This document shows positions 38,855 to 49,660 of a stretch of 64,000 nt of DNA, piece by piece. The stretch covers positions 192,001-256,000 of the forward strand of contig CANJVR010000004.1 of assembly GCA_947478395.1 (NCBI GenBank), written 5' to 3'. Source of the DNA: Opitutia bacterium (GTDB lineage Bacteria; Verrucomicrobiota; Verrucomicrobiia; Opitutales; Opitutaceae). Position 1 is the stretch's first letter. Every line of letters starts with the position of its first letter. The position numbers were made by a program, and so were the translations under genes. A model generated the notes under the pieces. That model was not told the origin of the DNA. It was given only the letters and a program-made list of their open reading frames with translations, and did not search any database.

Positions 38855-40033
38855 TCAGCCGGTGACGTCGAACTGTTTCAATTTCTCCTCGTCGATCGTG
38901 AGACCGAGCCCCGGGATTTTTTCGTCGAGATCGATGAAGCCATCCTTCGCGACCGGCTCGCCCTTGAAGATATACCAGAAGAGTTCGTTGCCGACCTCGA
39001 CGTCGACCGGCGGGAAATACTCCGCCATGGGGGAATTCAGGCTGGCCATGACGATGTGGTAATTGTGCATCTGGCCGGCGTGCGGTATCACAGGGATCTG
39101 GTGCGCCTCGGCGAGCGCGGCAATCTTGCGGGCGGCGGAGATACCGCCGACGCGATTCGTGTCGAACTGGATGTAGTCAACGGCGCGGGCCTCGATGAGT
39201 TCGCGGAAACCGAATATCGTGTACTCGTGTTCGCCGCCGGAGATCGGGATGCGTCCGCATTTTTTCAACTCGGCATAGCCATGAATATCATCGGGGATGA
39301 CGGCTTCCTCGAGCCAGCGCAGGTTAAATTTTTCCAGCAGCGGAATCATGCGCTTCGCGTAGTCGAGATTCCAGCCCATGTACGCGTCGGCCATCACGTC
39401 GATGCCGTCGCCGACCGTTTCGCGCACGGTACGGACCAAGGCGACGTTGTGCTGCATGCCCTCGGCGCCGTCGACCGGACCCCAGCCGAAGCGGAGCTTC
39501 ATGGCTTTGTAGCCTTCCGCTTTGTACTTGGCTGATTCGCGGGCGAGTTCTTCGAGCGGCGTGGAATAGAGACGGCTCGAATAGACCGGGATGCGTGGCT
39601 TCGTGCGGCCGCCGAGGAGGCGGTAGACGGGTTGCTTCGCGGCTTTGCCGAGCAGATCCCAAAGGGCGATATCGACCGCGCTGATCGCCACCATGGCGAT
39701 GCCCTTGCGGCCGAACGCCATCGTTTTCCGGTACATGTGCTGCCAGAGAAACTCGATGTCCCACGGATCAGCGCCGATGAGCAGTGGTTTCAGATAAAGA
39801 TCGATGACCTGCTTCGTGACTTGCGGCGAGAGGGCGGCGTTGCCGATCCCCACGAGACCGTCGTCCGTAAAAATTTCCACGATCACCCAGCCATGAAATG
39901 TGAACGTGCCCATCGTCGCCCGCGTGAGCATGGGCGCGATGACATCCATCGGGTTGGTGCAGAAATGTGGGGGCAAGGGGACGGTCTTGCCTTTCCATTG
40001 GACAACGCGGGTACGGATTTCAGTGATTTTCAT
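38855..40033 (-). CDS. Mandelate racemase/enolase-superfamily sugar-acid dehydratase (L-lyxonate dehydratase-like)
   Basis: FCTN...FTFHGW, GIGNAAL, MYRKTMAFGRKG, AISAVDIALWD, KLRFGWGP, DAYMGW, WLEE, GEHEYT, IPHAGQMHNYH. Confidence 0.85.
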   Translation of the reverse strand: MKITEIRTRVVQWKGKTVPLPPHFCTNPMDVIAPMLTRATMGTFTFHGWVIVEIFTDDGLVGIGNAALSPQVTKQVIDLYLKPLLIGADPWDIEFLWQHMYRKTMAFGRKGIAMVAISAVDIALWDLLGKAAKQPVYRLLGGRTKPRIPVYSSRLYSTPLEELARESAKYKAEGYKAMKLRFGWGPVDGAEGMQHNVALVRTVRETVGDGIDVMADAYMGWNLDYAKRMIPLLEKFNLRWLEEAVIPDDIHGYAELKKCGRIPISGGEHEYTIFGFRELIEARAVDYIQFDTNRVGGISAARKIAALAEAHQIPVIPHAGQMHNYHIVMASLNSPMAEYFPPVDVEVGNELFWYIFKGEPVAKDGFIDLDEKIPGLGLTIDEEKLKQFDVTG

Positions 40034-40034
40034 T

Positions 40035-41276
40035 TCAGGTGGAAAGTGGCGAAAAACGGAGGGGCTGGAGCCGGGGAATGGCGATGCAAATCACGCCGAA
40101 CGCCAGCAGATGGAGCGAACCCGCGATTATCAGCACCGGGGTGTAACTGAAGCCGTGATCGAGGAGCCAGCCGGCGAGCTGGCCGAGAACGACTCCCCCC
40201 ATGGCGCCGCCGAGACCGACGAGGCCGGCGAGTTTGCCGAGGGCGGATTTGGGTACGAGGTCGGTGGGCAGAATCATCACGAGGGTCGACCACGATTGCT
40301 GGCCGAAAAATGCGACGCTGAAAATCGCGAGCACCCACGCGACTGACGGCGCATGCGGCACGAGCATGACCCAAGGCATCAGCGCGGCGCTCGCCCCGAG
40401 GGCGAGCTTGCGTGCGCGGTTGACGGTGTGGCCGCGGCCGAGGAGCCAGCTGGAAAGTCCGCCGCCGCAGAGACAGCCCACGCCCGACGCGGCGTAGGGA
40501 ATCCAGCCGAGCGAGCCCGCCTGCTTCAGATCGAAGTGATGGGCATCGAACAGGTATTTGGGGAGCCAGAACAAATAAAAATACCACGCCGCATCGCTAA
40601 GAAACTTCGCAAGCACGACGCCCCAGACTTCGCGGTGTTGCAGCAACGCACCGACGGTGATGGTCGGAGTGGGCGCTGAACTGACGGCTGCGCTTTCGAC
40701 CGACTCTGGCGGCGGTGAATAGGTTTTCCACCACCACAGGGCCCAAACCAGCCCGAGGCCGCCGGTCAGAAAGAAAACCCAGCGCCAGCTCGCGAGATCG
40801 AGCCAGTGGATTTGCGTGAGCACGAACACGATCAGAGGCGGGGCGATCACCGCCCCGACGGCCGTGCCGGCATTGACGATGCCCATGGCGGTGGCGCGTT
40901 CGTGCACCGGAAACCATTCCGCGACGGCGCGGGTGGCGGCCGGAAATCCACCGCCTTCGCCGACGCCGAGGAGCAGCCGGCTCGCCGCGAGCATGAAGAT
41001 TCCGCCGGCGAAACCGTGGCTCGCACAGGCGAGGGACCAAAAAATCATCACCACGAGAAAACCGCGCCGCGTGCCGAGCCGGTCGAGCATCCAGCCGCCG
41101 CCAAGATACATCAGGCCGTAGGTGATAAGAAACGCGGAATCGAGAAACGCCTTTACCTGATTTGAGATCGGGATGTCGGCTTGGATCGCCTTGATCGCCC
41201 ACGGCAGGGTCTGGCGGTCGAGATAACTGATCGCGATCGCGAGACTGACAATAAAGGCGATGGACCAACGGCGCAT
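40035..41276 (-). CDS. MFS sugar-acid transporter (ExuT/ACS family)
   Basis: SYLDRQ, DRLGTRRG, GEGGGFP, EWFPVHERATA, YFYLFWLPKYL. Confidence 0.9.
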   Translation of the reverse strand: MRRWSIAFIVSLAIAISYLDRQTLPWAIKAIQADIPISNQVKAFLDSAFLITYGLMYLGGGWMLDRLGTRRGFLVVMIFWSLACASHGFAGGIFMLAASRLLLGVGEGGGFPAATRAVAEWFPVHERATAMGIVNAGTAVGAVIAPPLIVFVLTQIHWLDLASWRWVFFLTGGLGLVWALWWWKTYSPPPESVESAAVSSAPTPTITVGALLQHREVWGVVLAKFLSDAAWYFYLFWLPKYLFDAHHFDLKQAGSLGWIPYAASGVGCLCGGGLSSWLLGRGHTVNRARKLALGASAALMPWVMLVPHAPSVAWVLAIFSVAFFGQQSWSTLVMILPTDLVPKSALGKLAGLVGLGGAMGGVVLGQLAGWLLDHGFSYTPVLIIAGSLHLLAFGVICIAIPRLQPLRFSPLST

Positions 41277-41333
41277 GAACAAGTTTTTGGGGGCTAACGC
41301 GGAGTGGGGCGGCAGGGCGAAAAAAGCCAATTA

Positions 41334-41345
41334 CTGGTACACCAG
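41334..41345. promoter_or_regulatory. Putative GntR/FadR-type operator
   Basis: Perfect inverted repeat CTGGT-AC-ACCAG about 58 bp upstream of the MFS start. Confidence 0.55.
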
Positions 41346-41760
41346 AGTTGGGCACGTCCAGCGCAGTCAAGCCTCCCGCGGGACGACTGTCCGGAAGATC
41401 GATCTGCGCGGTACTCTTTTCGATCAACCCGCGCCATATGGGTTTCCACCGGGGTTTGGCCGAATGCACCGGTGGTTCCGCGCTACGCGACGCGATCGAA
41501 AAAGAGCCGGTGCTGCGATGCGCCACCCTGTCCGCCACCGATTGAGAGAGGTGCGAGCCGGCTTGGAACGCCTTGGTGAGTCCGCGGGCGCTGGGCGCTT
41601 GAAAAAAACGCGCGCTCTAAATAGGGCATCTGCGCCGCGCTGGCGCGGAAGCTGGCCCTGCGCTGTTTCAAATTGACGTGCGAAACCGGCTTCGCGCCGC
41701 GAACTCCGAGGGGAAACGCGGGTCATGGACTGGCTTAACTTCTGCGAAACATCCCGAACC

Positions 41761-44346
41761 ATGGATCTCAACACGTTTACTCAAATGTCCCGGCAGGCCG
41801 TCACCGACGCTCAGGCCGCGGCGCGCCGCCTCAATCATAACGAGGTCGATACATGGCATCTGTTGTCAGCGTTGCTCACGCAAGAAAACGGGCTCGTCTC
41901 CGGTCTCGTCGACAAGCTGGGCGTGACGGCGGGCGGTCTCGCGCTGGCGGTTGATCGTGAACTGGAACGCCTGCCGAAGGTCACCGGCAGCGTCGACACG
42001 TCGAAGGTGTACGTCACGCAGGCCGTCAACGACGTCTTCAGTCGGGCCGAGGCCGAGGCCAAATCGCTCAAGGATGAGTTCATCTCGGTGGAGCATCTTT
42101 TCCTGGGGCTCATCGACGTCGCCAAGCCCGACGCGTTGAAAAAACTCTTCGCGAGCTTCGGACTGGATCGCGCCAAGGTGCTGAAAACGTTGAAGGAAGT
42201 TCGCGGCAACCAGCGGGTGACGACCGACAATCCCGAGGCGACTTATCAAGCGCTGGAAAAATACGGCGTCGATCTCGTCGCGCAGGCGCGGAAGGGAAAG
42301 ATGGATCCGGTGATTGGCCGCGACGAAGAAATCCGCCGCACCATTCGCATCCTCTCGCGGAAAACCAAAAACAATCCCGTGCTCATCGGCGAACCCGGCG
42401 TGGGCAAGACCGCGATCGTCGAAGGTCTCGCGCAGCGCATCCTCCGCGGCGATGTGCCCGAGGGGCTGAAGGACAAAATCATTTTCTCCCTCGACATGGG
42501 CTCGCTCGTCGCGGGCGCCAAATATCGCGGCGAATTTGAAGAGCGTCTGAAAGCCGTGCTCAACGAGGTGAAGCAGAGCGACGGGCGCATCATTTTGTTC
42601 ATCGACGAACTGCACACCATCGTCGGCGCCGGGAAGACCGAGGGCGCGATGGATGCGGGCAATCTGCTCAAGCCCATGCTCGCGCGCGGCGAGTTGCACT
42701 GCATCGGGGCGACGACGCTCGATGAATATCGGCAGCACATCGAGAAGGACGCGGCGCTCGAGCGGCGTTTTCAACCGGTGGTGGTGGACCAGCCGACGGT
42801 CGAGGACGCGCTGTCGATTTTGCGCGGGATCAAGGAACGCTTCGAACTGCACCACGGCGTGCGCATCCAGGACAACGCACTCGTCGCGGCCGTCACGCTC
42901 TCCAACCGCTACATCACGGACCGTTTCCTGCCCGACAAAGCGATCGATCTCATGGACGAGGCGTGTGCGATGATCCGCACCGAAATGGATTCGATGCCGC
43001 AAGAGCTCGATGAGCTTACGCGCAAGGTCCTTCGTTTTGAGATCGAGGAAACCGCGCTCGCGAAAGAAAAAGACGAAGCGAGCAAGCGGCGACTCGATGT
43101 GCTGCGCAAGGAGCTCGCCGAAGACCGGGAGAAGGCGCAGGGCATCAAGCTCCACTGGGAAAAAGAAAAGGCCTCCGTCCAGAAGACGCGCAAACTGCGC
43201 GAGGAGATTGAAACCCTCCGCCTCGAAATGGAAAAAGCCGAGCGCGCCTACGATTTGAACAAGGTCGCGGAGTTGCGCCACGGGAAGATTCCGCAGATGG
43301 AGGAAGAGTTGAAGCGCCTCGAAAAGAAGGGCCGCGACACGACGACGCTATTTAAGGAAGAAGTTTCCGAAGAGGAAATCGCCGAGGTCGTCTCCAAGTG
43401 GAGCGGAGTGCCCGTCACGCGTCTCGTGGAAGGCGAGAAGGACAAACTGCTCCGGCTGGAAGACGTGTTGCACGAGCGCGTGATCGGTCAGGACGAGGCC
43501 GTGACGCTGGTGACGGAGGCGATTTTGCGCGCGCGCAGCGGCATCAAGGACCCGCGCCGGCCGGTCGGCAGTTTTCTTTTTCTCGGCCCGACGGGTGTCG
43601 GCAAAACGGAGCTGGCAAAGACGCTGGCTGAAACGCTCTTCGACGCCGAAGCCGCGATGGTGCGCATCGATATGTCGGAGTACATGGAGAAGCACAGCGT
43701 TTCGCGCCTGATCGGCGCGCCTCCCGGCTACGTCGGCTACGACGAAGGCGGCCAGCTCACCGAGGCGGTGCGGCGGAAGCCCTATGCGGTGATCCTCTTC
43801 GACGAAATCGAGAAGGCGCATCCGGATGTTTTCAACGTGCTGCTGCAGGTGCTCGACGATGGCCGCATCACGGATTCGCAGGGGCGCACCGTGGATTTCA
43901 AGAACACGATCATCATCATGACCTCGAACCTCGGTTCGCGTTTTCTCCTCGAAGGCGTCACGGGCAACACGATTCCCGAGAGTGTGCGCGAGAGTGTCAT
44001 GGCGGACGTGCGCAAGGCGTTCCGCCCGGAATTCCTAAACCGCATCGACGAGATGATTCTCTTCAAGCCGCTGACGCTCGAGGAAATCACGAGCATCGTG
44101 GACCTGTTGCTGGTCGATTTGAACAAGCGCCTCGCGGACCGCCGCGTGACGGTCGTGCTCGACAAAAAAGCCAAGGACTGGGCCGCGGAAAAAGGTTATG
44201 ATCCGGTCTTCGGTGCACGGCCTTTGAAGCGCTTTCTGCAGCGCCAGATCGAGACGAAGCTCGCCCGCGCCCTGATCAGTGACGAAGTCAAAGAAGGCAG
44301 CGAGGTGAAGTTCAGTGTGAAGGACGGGGAATTGGCGATGAAGTGA
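41761..44346 (+). CDS. clpB: ATP-dependent chaperone ClpB
   Basis: Clp N-domain, GEPGVGKT, long coiled-coil M-domain, [26 protein letters not shown]. Confidence 0.97.
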   Translation: MDLNTFTQMSRQAVTDAQAAARRLNHNEVDTWHLLSALLTQENGLVSGLVDKLGVTAGGLALAVDRELERLPKVTGSVDTSKVYVTQAVNDVFSRAEAEAKSLKDEFISVEHLFLGLIDVAKPDALKKLFASFGLDRAKVLKTLKEVRGNQRVTTDNPEATYQALEKYGVDLVAQARKGKMDPVIGRDEEIRRTIRILSRKTKNNPVLIGEPGVGKTAIVEGLAQRILRGDVPEGLKDKIIFSLDMGSLVAGAKYRGEFEERLKAVLNEVKQSDGRIILFIDELHTIVGAGKTEGAMDAGNLLKPMLARGELHCIGATTLDEYRQHIEKDAALERRFQPVVVDQPTVEDALSILRGIKERFELHHGVRIQDNALVAAVTLSNRYITDRFLPDKAIDLMDEACAMIRTEMDSMPQELDELTRKVLRFEIEETALAKEKDEASKRRLDVLRKELAEDREKAQGIKLHWEKEKASVQKTRKLREEIETLRLEMEKAERAYDLNKVAELRHGKIPQMEEELKRLEKKGRDTTTLFKEEVSEEEIAEVVSKWSGVPVTRLVEGEKDKLLRLEDVLHERVIGQDEAVTLVTEAILRARSGIKDPRRPVGSFLFLGPTGVGKTELAKTLAETLFDAEAAMVRIDMSEYMEKHSVSRLIGAPPGYVGYDEGGQLTEAVRRKPYAVILFDEIEKAHPDVFNVLLQVLDDGRITDSQGRTVDFKNTIIIMTSNLGSRFLLEGVTGNTIPESVRESVMADVRKAFRPEFLNRIDEMILFKPLTLEEITSIVDLLLVDLNKRLADRRVTVVLDKKAKDWAAEKGYDPVFGARPLKRFLQRQIETKLARALISDEVKEGSEVKFSVKDGELAMK

Positions 44347-44452
44347 GCGAGGGCGAAGAGCAGGTAGCGGCGGGATCGCAGGGCGCGCGCGTCTCGCGGA
44401 GCGGCGAGATGAAATGTATCGCGGATGCGCGTGAACCCGGGCTAGGGCAACC

Positions 44453-44506
44453 TGACCCCGTTTGGGTCGTGTCGCGCGTTTGGGTCGTGTGACCCCGTTT
44501 GGGTCG
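44453..44506. repeat. Short tandem repeat, three copies of an 18-19 bp unit ending CGTTTGGGTCG
   Basis: TGACCCCGTTTGGGTCG / TGTCGCGCGTTTGGGTCG / TGTGACCCCGTTTGGGTCG, ending 2 bp from the mod stop codon. Confidence 0.75.
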
Positions 44507-44508
44507 CC

Positions 44509-46746
44509 TTACCCGATGGTCACCGGCACGAGGGTCATCGTGTCGTTGCCGAAGATATCGATGACCTTCACGGCGACGACGTAGCGGCCAGGTTTCGCGT
44601 AAACGTGGCTCGCGCTTACGAGGTCGAGGTCGCGGTCCTGACGCGTGCGGAAGCTCTGCCACTCGTTTTCGAAGATGTAGGCGCCGGTCCAGCGTTCCTC
44701 GAAATCGATGAACTCGCCCTCATCTTTGATGACGCCGGGCAGCTCGCCTTCCACCCCGAAGCCCTTCGCCTGTTTGATGATTTCCTTCCGGCTCTCGTAG
44801 TCGAAATCGACAGCCCAGTAATCTACCCAGTCGGTCCACTTCTTTGTGAGCACGTCGCGAGAAACGATGCCGTGCTTGTCTTTGCTGACCTTGATGAGCT
44901 TGCCCTGCTCGCAGACGACTTCGCTTTTGCCTTCCTTCAACTCGGCTGCGATGGCCTCAGCGATACCTTGCGAATAATAAACCGAGAAGTCCGACAGCTC
45001 CACGGCGAGCGCTAGCTTGTTCTTTTCGTCGAAGCGTGGCGTGACTTCGATGTAGGCGACGTCGTGGAAGCGCACTTGGCCTTTCTCGACGGCCCGTTTG
45101 TCGAAGACCTCGGGCGGTATGGTTTTCGGCGCGAGGTCGATGCCCTTGTGTTTGGCCTCATCGAGCACGGCGGGGAACAGGCCCATCTCGAACTCGAACG
45201 CCAACACATCCGCGCGCGATGCACCGCGCTTGCGGCACTCGGTAATGACTTCCTCCACGAAGAGCCGGCCCACGGGCAAATTGATCGGGCCTACGACCAC
45301 GAGCCGACCGCCGTTTTTACCGTGGAAGAAACCGGCGTCGGGCAACGGCTCCGCGCGGTAGGCTTTGAGGATCAGGTCGCGGAACTCGCGTTCCTTCCGG
45401 GCGAGCGCGTCAGCCTTCTTTTTCGCAGAAAGATTCGTTGAAACATTGAAATAGTTCTGTCGTTCGTAGCGGCCGAGGTTGAGCACCTCGAAGGCGCGAA
45501 ATGGTTTGCCGGTGGCCTTCAAGTCGCGCTGCACACCGATGAGCCGCTTGCGCGTGGTATGAATGCCGAACTTGCCGAGGTCGGTAGCGATCCATTTGCG
45601 CCCGAGTTTTTCGGCCACGGCGGCGGTCGTGCCGCTGCCGCAGAAGAAGTCTGCCACCAAATCACCTTCGTTGCTGCTGGCTTGGATGATTCGCTCCAAA
45701 AGTTTTTCAGGCTTTTGGGTTGGGTAAACAACGTCTGCAAGACGGTTGATGTCACTCCAAACCGTCTCGACAACTTTACCGTCTTTCGCGTTCAAGTATT
45801 GCTTCAATTTCGGCCCACTATCCGTGTCGGCAATTAGCCCTTGCGTCCGAAATTTATCAATAGACTGCGCAGAATAGTCACGAAGCTCTTGTAGGCGATA
45901 TTTCCCATTTTCGTCCTGATGTTTATACTGTTTCAGCGTGCTTTCTTGGTAGTCCTCTCGTGGAAGATTAAAGCTCCAACCCTCCCTGTTCCGATAGAGG
46001 TAAATGGAATCGTGGTTCTTTGGAAATTGAGACAAATTGTTAGAAGGTCCGAAGAAACTACCTTTCCTCCAGATTATTTCGTTTAGGAACGCATCCACAC
46101 CAAAGACTTCATTCATTACAGCACGGACGAAAGCATTCACCCGCCAATCACAATGCACATAGATGCTACCCTCCGGGTGCATCAAATCCCTCATAAGAAT
46201 CAGCCGCTCGTAGATCATCGCGATGAACGAATCCGCGCCGCGGCCCCAGGTGTCGCGGTAGGCGATTTGCTCGAGAAGGTTCGGCTCTTTGTGGAAGGTC
46301 TCGCCGCCAATCTCGATGTCCATCGAGAAGTCTGCGCCGACGTCGAATGGCGGATCGATGTAGATCAGTTTAAGGCCACCGGCGTCCTCGATTTGGCGGC
46401 GGAGCGCGCCGGACTTGAGCGAGGAAAGGATGAGCTTGTTGTCGCCCCAGATGAGTTTGTTGGTCCAGCCCTTCACTTGTCGCCCGCCGGTGTCGAGGGC
46501 GAGTTCGGTGTCGGCCGATTTCTCCTTCCGCGGCTCGTCGATGTGTTCGAGCGTCTGAAATGGGAGGATAGCGGTGCAGACTTCGCGGGTCTTGCCGTTC
46601 CAGACGAGTTCGACCTCGCGCTTATCGGCGAAGAGCAGGAAGCGGTATTTTTCGGGCAGCGGCTTGCCCTGCTCGATGAGCTTGATGAGGTCGCGTTTCT
46701 CCGCTTCGGAAAATTCGTAGCGATCGGTGTCGGTGGGGCGCGCCAT
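44509..46746 (-). CDS. mod: Type III restriction-modification DNA methyltransferase (Mod)
   Basis: NKLIWGDN, LIYIDPPF (motif IV), YPTQKPEKLLERII, DFFCGSGTT (motif I): beta-class order; adjacent to Res. Confidence 0.9.
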   Translation of the reverse strand: MARPTDTDRYEFSEAEKRDLIKLIEQGKPLPEKYRFLLFADKREVELVWNGKTREVCTAILPFQTLEHIDEPRKEKSADTELALDTGGRQVKGWTNKLIWGDNKLILSSLKSGALRRQIEDAGGLKLIYIDPPFDVGADFSMDIEIGGETFHKEPNLLEQIAYRDTWGRGADSFIAMIYERLILMRDLMHPEGSIYVHCDWRVNAFVRAVMNEVFGVDAFLNEIIWRKGSFFGPSNNLSQFPKNHDSIYLYRNREGWSFNLPREDYQESTLKQYKHQDENGKYRLQELRDYSAQSIDKFRTQGLIADTDSGPKLKQYLNAKDGKVVETVWSDINRLADVVYPTQKPEKLLERIIQASSNEGDLVADFFCGSGTTAAVAEKLGRKWIATDLGKFGIHTTRKRLIGVQRDLKATGKPFRAFEVLNLGRYERQNYFNVSTNLSAKKKADALARKEREFRDLILKAYRAEPLPDAGFFHGKNGGRLVVVGPINLPVGRLFVEEVITECRKRGASRADVLAFEFEMGLFPAVLDEAKHKGIDLAPKTIPPEVFDKRAVEKGQVRFHDVAYIEVTPRFDEKNKLALAVELSDFSVYYSQGIAEAIAAELKEGKSEVVCEQGKLIKVSKDKHGIVSRDVLTKKWTDWVDYWAVDFDYESRKEIIKQAKGFGVEGELPGVIKDEGEFIDFEERWTGAYIFENEWQSFRTRQDRDLDLVSASHVYAKPGRYVVAVKVIDIFGNDTMTLVPVTIG

Positions 46747-46748
46747 GG

Positions 46749-49478
46749 TCAGGATTGGTAGTCGGTGAAGCTGGCGGCGAGGGCCGCGAAGGCGGTGGGC
46801 CGGTGCTGTTCGAAGCCGGCTTGGTCCACATAGACAAAGGCGTAGCACCGGCCGGTTTCGCCGGCTTCGGCGGACTCGGCCGCAGTGGCATCAGCGCACC
46901 ACTGTTTGAGGCGCGCCATCTTCTGCGGGAGGTCGAGTTCCTCGCGGCCCTTGGTCTCGACGAGCCAGACTACACCGTCGGCGGTGCGGACTATGAAATC
47001 GGTGTAGTAGTTGGCGAGGTCGCCGTTGGCGCGCACGTAGTCCAGCTTGAAGCCGACGGCCAAGTAGTTCTTGGCGAAAGCGGATACATCGGGCGCGGCC
47101 TCGAGAAAGTTGGCGAAGCGCAGCTCGAAATTGCCCGCGCGCGGCTCGCCGACGATTTTATTGAAAAGGCTCTTCTTAGGCACGACGTGCTGGCGATAGT
47201 CGGTGCGGAAAGGCCGGGTGTTTTTCAGGCTGATGCGGTCCTCGATGCGTGTGATGCCGGTCTCCTCGATGGTGAGAGCGTTAATCGCAGCCTTGAACGC
47301 GTCGTAGAGAATCTTGCCTGCTTCGGGCTCCGAGAGATTGCGGAGGACGACGGGATCTTCGAGGTCCACGGGCGACGGAGCGAAGAGCTGGTCGCGCATG
47401 AAGTCGCGGACCTTCGGGTAGAGCACCTCATAGCCGCCGACGAGGCGGAGGTCCTTAAGCAACTGCCGCGCGAAGAAGGCGACGACGGACCGATAGTCGG
47501 CCACGCCCGCGCCATCGAGCGAGATGGTGTGATGCACCTCGGCATCGAGCATCGTCTTGAAGACGATCTCGCGTGTCTCTTCCGGTGTGAACGGTTTCAG
47601 CGGGAGCGTGCGATTGCCGAACGTCGCGGGATCGAGCGCAGCGAGATTTTTGAACTCGCGCTGGTAGCGGCGCGTGAGGCGCGGAAGCGGGATGTCGAGG
47701 GCATCAACGTCCTTGGTTTCGTCCTCGGTATCGACCTCGACGATGATCGATTCGTGGCGCTCGGTGCCCTGGCCCATCGGCACGCGCTCGAAGCTGACGC
47801 CTTCGCTCTGGATGGACTCGACGAAGTCCATGAATGTTGGCGTGCCCAAAACGGACACGGTCTCGCGCACGACATCGTTGCCGAAATACATCCGGCGCAG
47901 GCCGCGGCCGAGCGTCTGCTCGGGGAGAATGTCGCTCTTCGAAGCGTAGGCGCGCAGACCGCAGATGACGGTGACGTTCCGAACATCCCAGCCCTCCTTG
48001 AGCATGAGGACGGAGACGATGGCCTTGTAGGGCGACTTGAGGGTGTCGATGGAGTTGGCCTCCTTGCGGAGCTTTTCGAGTTCCTCCTTGTTCTTGCCGG
48101 AGGCGGCTTCGGAAATCTCGCCGTTGTTCTTCGTGTGAATGACGAGCACGCCGTCCTGCAACTCGGGGCAGATTTTTTGAAGGTATTCGCCGACCTCGTC
48201 GCAGTTGCGCGTGTCGTCCACCATGACGAAGAGCACGGCCTTTTTTCCAAGGGCGTGATGCTCGGCCTGGCTCTTGCGCCACTCCTCGACGCCGAGGCGG
48301 AGGTAGTCGTCGTATTTCTCCGTGAAGATCGAACTCTTGCGGTCGGTGAGTTTTGCCCGGCTGGCGGCGTCGGGGAGGACGGGATGTTTGACGACGTTCT
48401 GGTGGATCGCCTCGACGAGCGGGTAGTCAGAGACGGTCTGGACGAAGATGGCGCCGTTTTCGTGGCGCGGGGTGGCGGTGACATCGATCTGGAGCGCGAG
48501 GCGGCGGTCCTTCTGGAGCATCTTGTGGTGGATGTCCTCGATGGATTTGAACCACGCCATGCGCGGGTCGTGGATGTGGTGCGCCTCGTCGTTGAAGACG
48601 GCGAGTTCCTCGATCTCGCGCACGATCTCACCGAGGTCGGTCTTGCTGTCGGTGGTCTTGCCGGCGGGTTTTTCACCGAAGGCGTCGGCGAGGAAATAGT
48701 CGCGCAGGTCATCGTCCTCCAACGACGGATCGCGGACCTCGCCGAGGAAGACGCGATGGATGTTCGTGAGAAAAAGATTGCCGGTCTCACGGACGAGTCG
48801 GACGTCGTCCTGGATGTGAAGCGTGAGCTGGAAATCGTCGCGCCAGTTACGGCCCGCATCGCCGTTGGACGGGAGGATAGGGTCGTTGAAGAAAATGCGT
48901 AGCCCGTCGAAGTCCGCGCGGAGGCGATCGAGGACGATGATGTTCGGCGCGATGACGAGGAAGTTGCGTGAGAGAACGGAGTCGGCCTCGTAAAGCCGGT
49001 GGAAAAAACTCCATGCGATGAGCAGAGAGAGAACCTTGGTCTTCCCGGCGCCAGTGGCCATTTTTAGCACGTAGCGCGGCCAGTCCTCGGAAAACATGCC
49101 GCTCGACACAGCACCCGAGGCATCGAAGCGGATCAGGTCGTATTTGTCACGGGCGCGGCGGACCTCATGTAGCCAGATGACGGTCTCGACGGCTTCGCGC
49201 TGGGCGAAGTAGTAGCGGAAGGGCGAGAGCGTGTGATCGGCGTTCTCGGTGAGGTGCTCGGTTTCAAACCAGTGGCGGAGCAGTGCAACGGATGTTGTGG
49301 ATGCGCCGGGATAACCTTTGTCGCGCCATGTCTGAACCTCGATGCGAACCTTGGCGACGAGCGGTGGAAGGAGCTTTTCGTACGCGGTTCCGCGCAATTC
49401 CTCGGCAGCGGGAAACCAGCGTTGCTCGGGAACCAGGGGCGCGTAAGGCGACGACGGAAAATTTGGGTGTAGAGCCAA
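46749..49478 (-). CDS. res: Type III restriction enzyme Res subunit (SF2 helicase plus PD-(D/E)xK nuclease)
   Basis: AQREAVE, MATGAGKT, NDEAHH, TATP, LKEGWD, EQTLGRGLR, YYTDFIV...VETKG. Confidence 0.92.
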   Translation of the reverse strand: MALHPNFPSSPYAPLVPEQRWFPAAEELRGTAYEKLLPPLVAKVRIEVQTWRDKGYPGASTTSVALLRHWFETEHLTENADHTLSPFRYYFAQREAVETVIWLHEVRRARDKYDLIRFDASGAVSSGMFSEDWPRYVLKMATGAGKTKVLSLLIAWSFFHRLYEADSVLSRNFLVIAPNIIVLDRLRADFDGLRIFFNDPILPSNGDAGRNWRDDFQLTLHIQDDVRLVRETGNLFLTNIHRVFLGEVRDPSLEDDDLRDYFLADAFGEKPAGKTTDSKTDLGEIVREIEELAVFNDEAHHIHDPRMAWFKSIEDIHHKMLQKDRRLALQIDVTATPRHENGAIFVQTVSDYPLVEAIHQNVVKHPVLPDAASRAKLTDRKSSIFTEKYDDYLRLGVEEWRKSQAEHHALGKKAVLFVMVDDTRNCDEVGEYLQKICPELQDGVLVIHTKNNGEISEAASGKNKEELEKLRKEANSIDTLKSPYKAIVSVLMLKEGWDVRNVTVICGLRAYASKSDILPEQTLGRGLRRMYFGNDVVRETVSVLGTPTFMDFVESIQSEGVSFERVPMGQGTERHESIIVEVDTEDETKDVDALDIPLPRLTRRYQREFKNLAALDPATFGNRTLPLKPFTPEETREIVFKTMLDAEVHHTISLDGAGVADYRSVVAFFARQLLKDLRLVGGYEVLYPKVRDFMRDQLFAPSPVDLEDPVVLRNLSEPEAGKILYDAFKAAINALTIEETGITRIEDRISLKNTRPFRTDYRQHVVPKKSLFNKIVGEPRAGNFELRFANFLEAAPDVSAFAKNYLAVGFKLDYVRANGDLANYYTDFIVRTADGVVWLVETKGREELDLPQKMARLKQWCADATAAESAEAGETGRCYAFVYVDQAGFEQHRPTAFAALAASFTDYQS

Positions 49479-49660
49479 GAGACGTGAACTTTAGCGCCCC
49501 GCTCAACCCCGGCAGACACAGTGTCCTGCAGCGGCGATGCGAGAGGGTGATTTAGAGTCGCGCATGTCCGCGCCGACTTAGCACTACCATTAGTGGGGTG
49601 TAAAGCTTGGGCTATCAATGCTCGGGTGTTTGGTGGCGCGTGCTCCCGCTACCTTTCGCA

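Noticed and set aside
44453..44506. CRISPR array or phase-variation tract
   Set aside because: Units are contiguous with no spacers, no cas genes are present, and the repeat lies outside the mod ORF.
49578..49585. CIRCE element (TTAGCACT)
   Set aside because: Half-site only, with no GAGTGCTAA arm, and not upstream of clpB.
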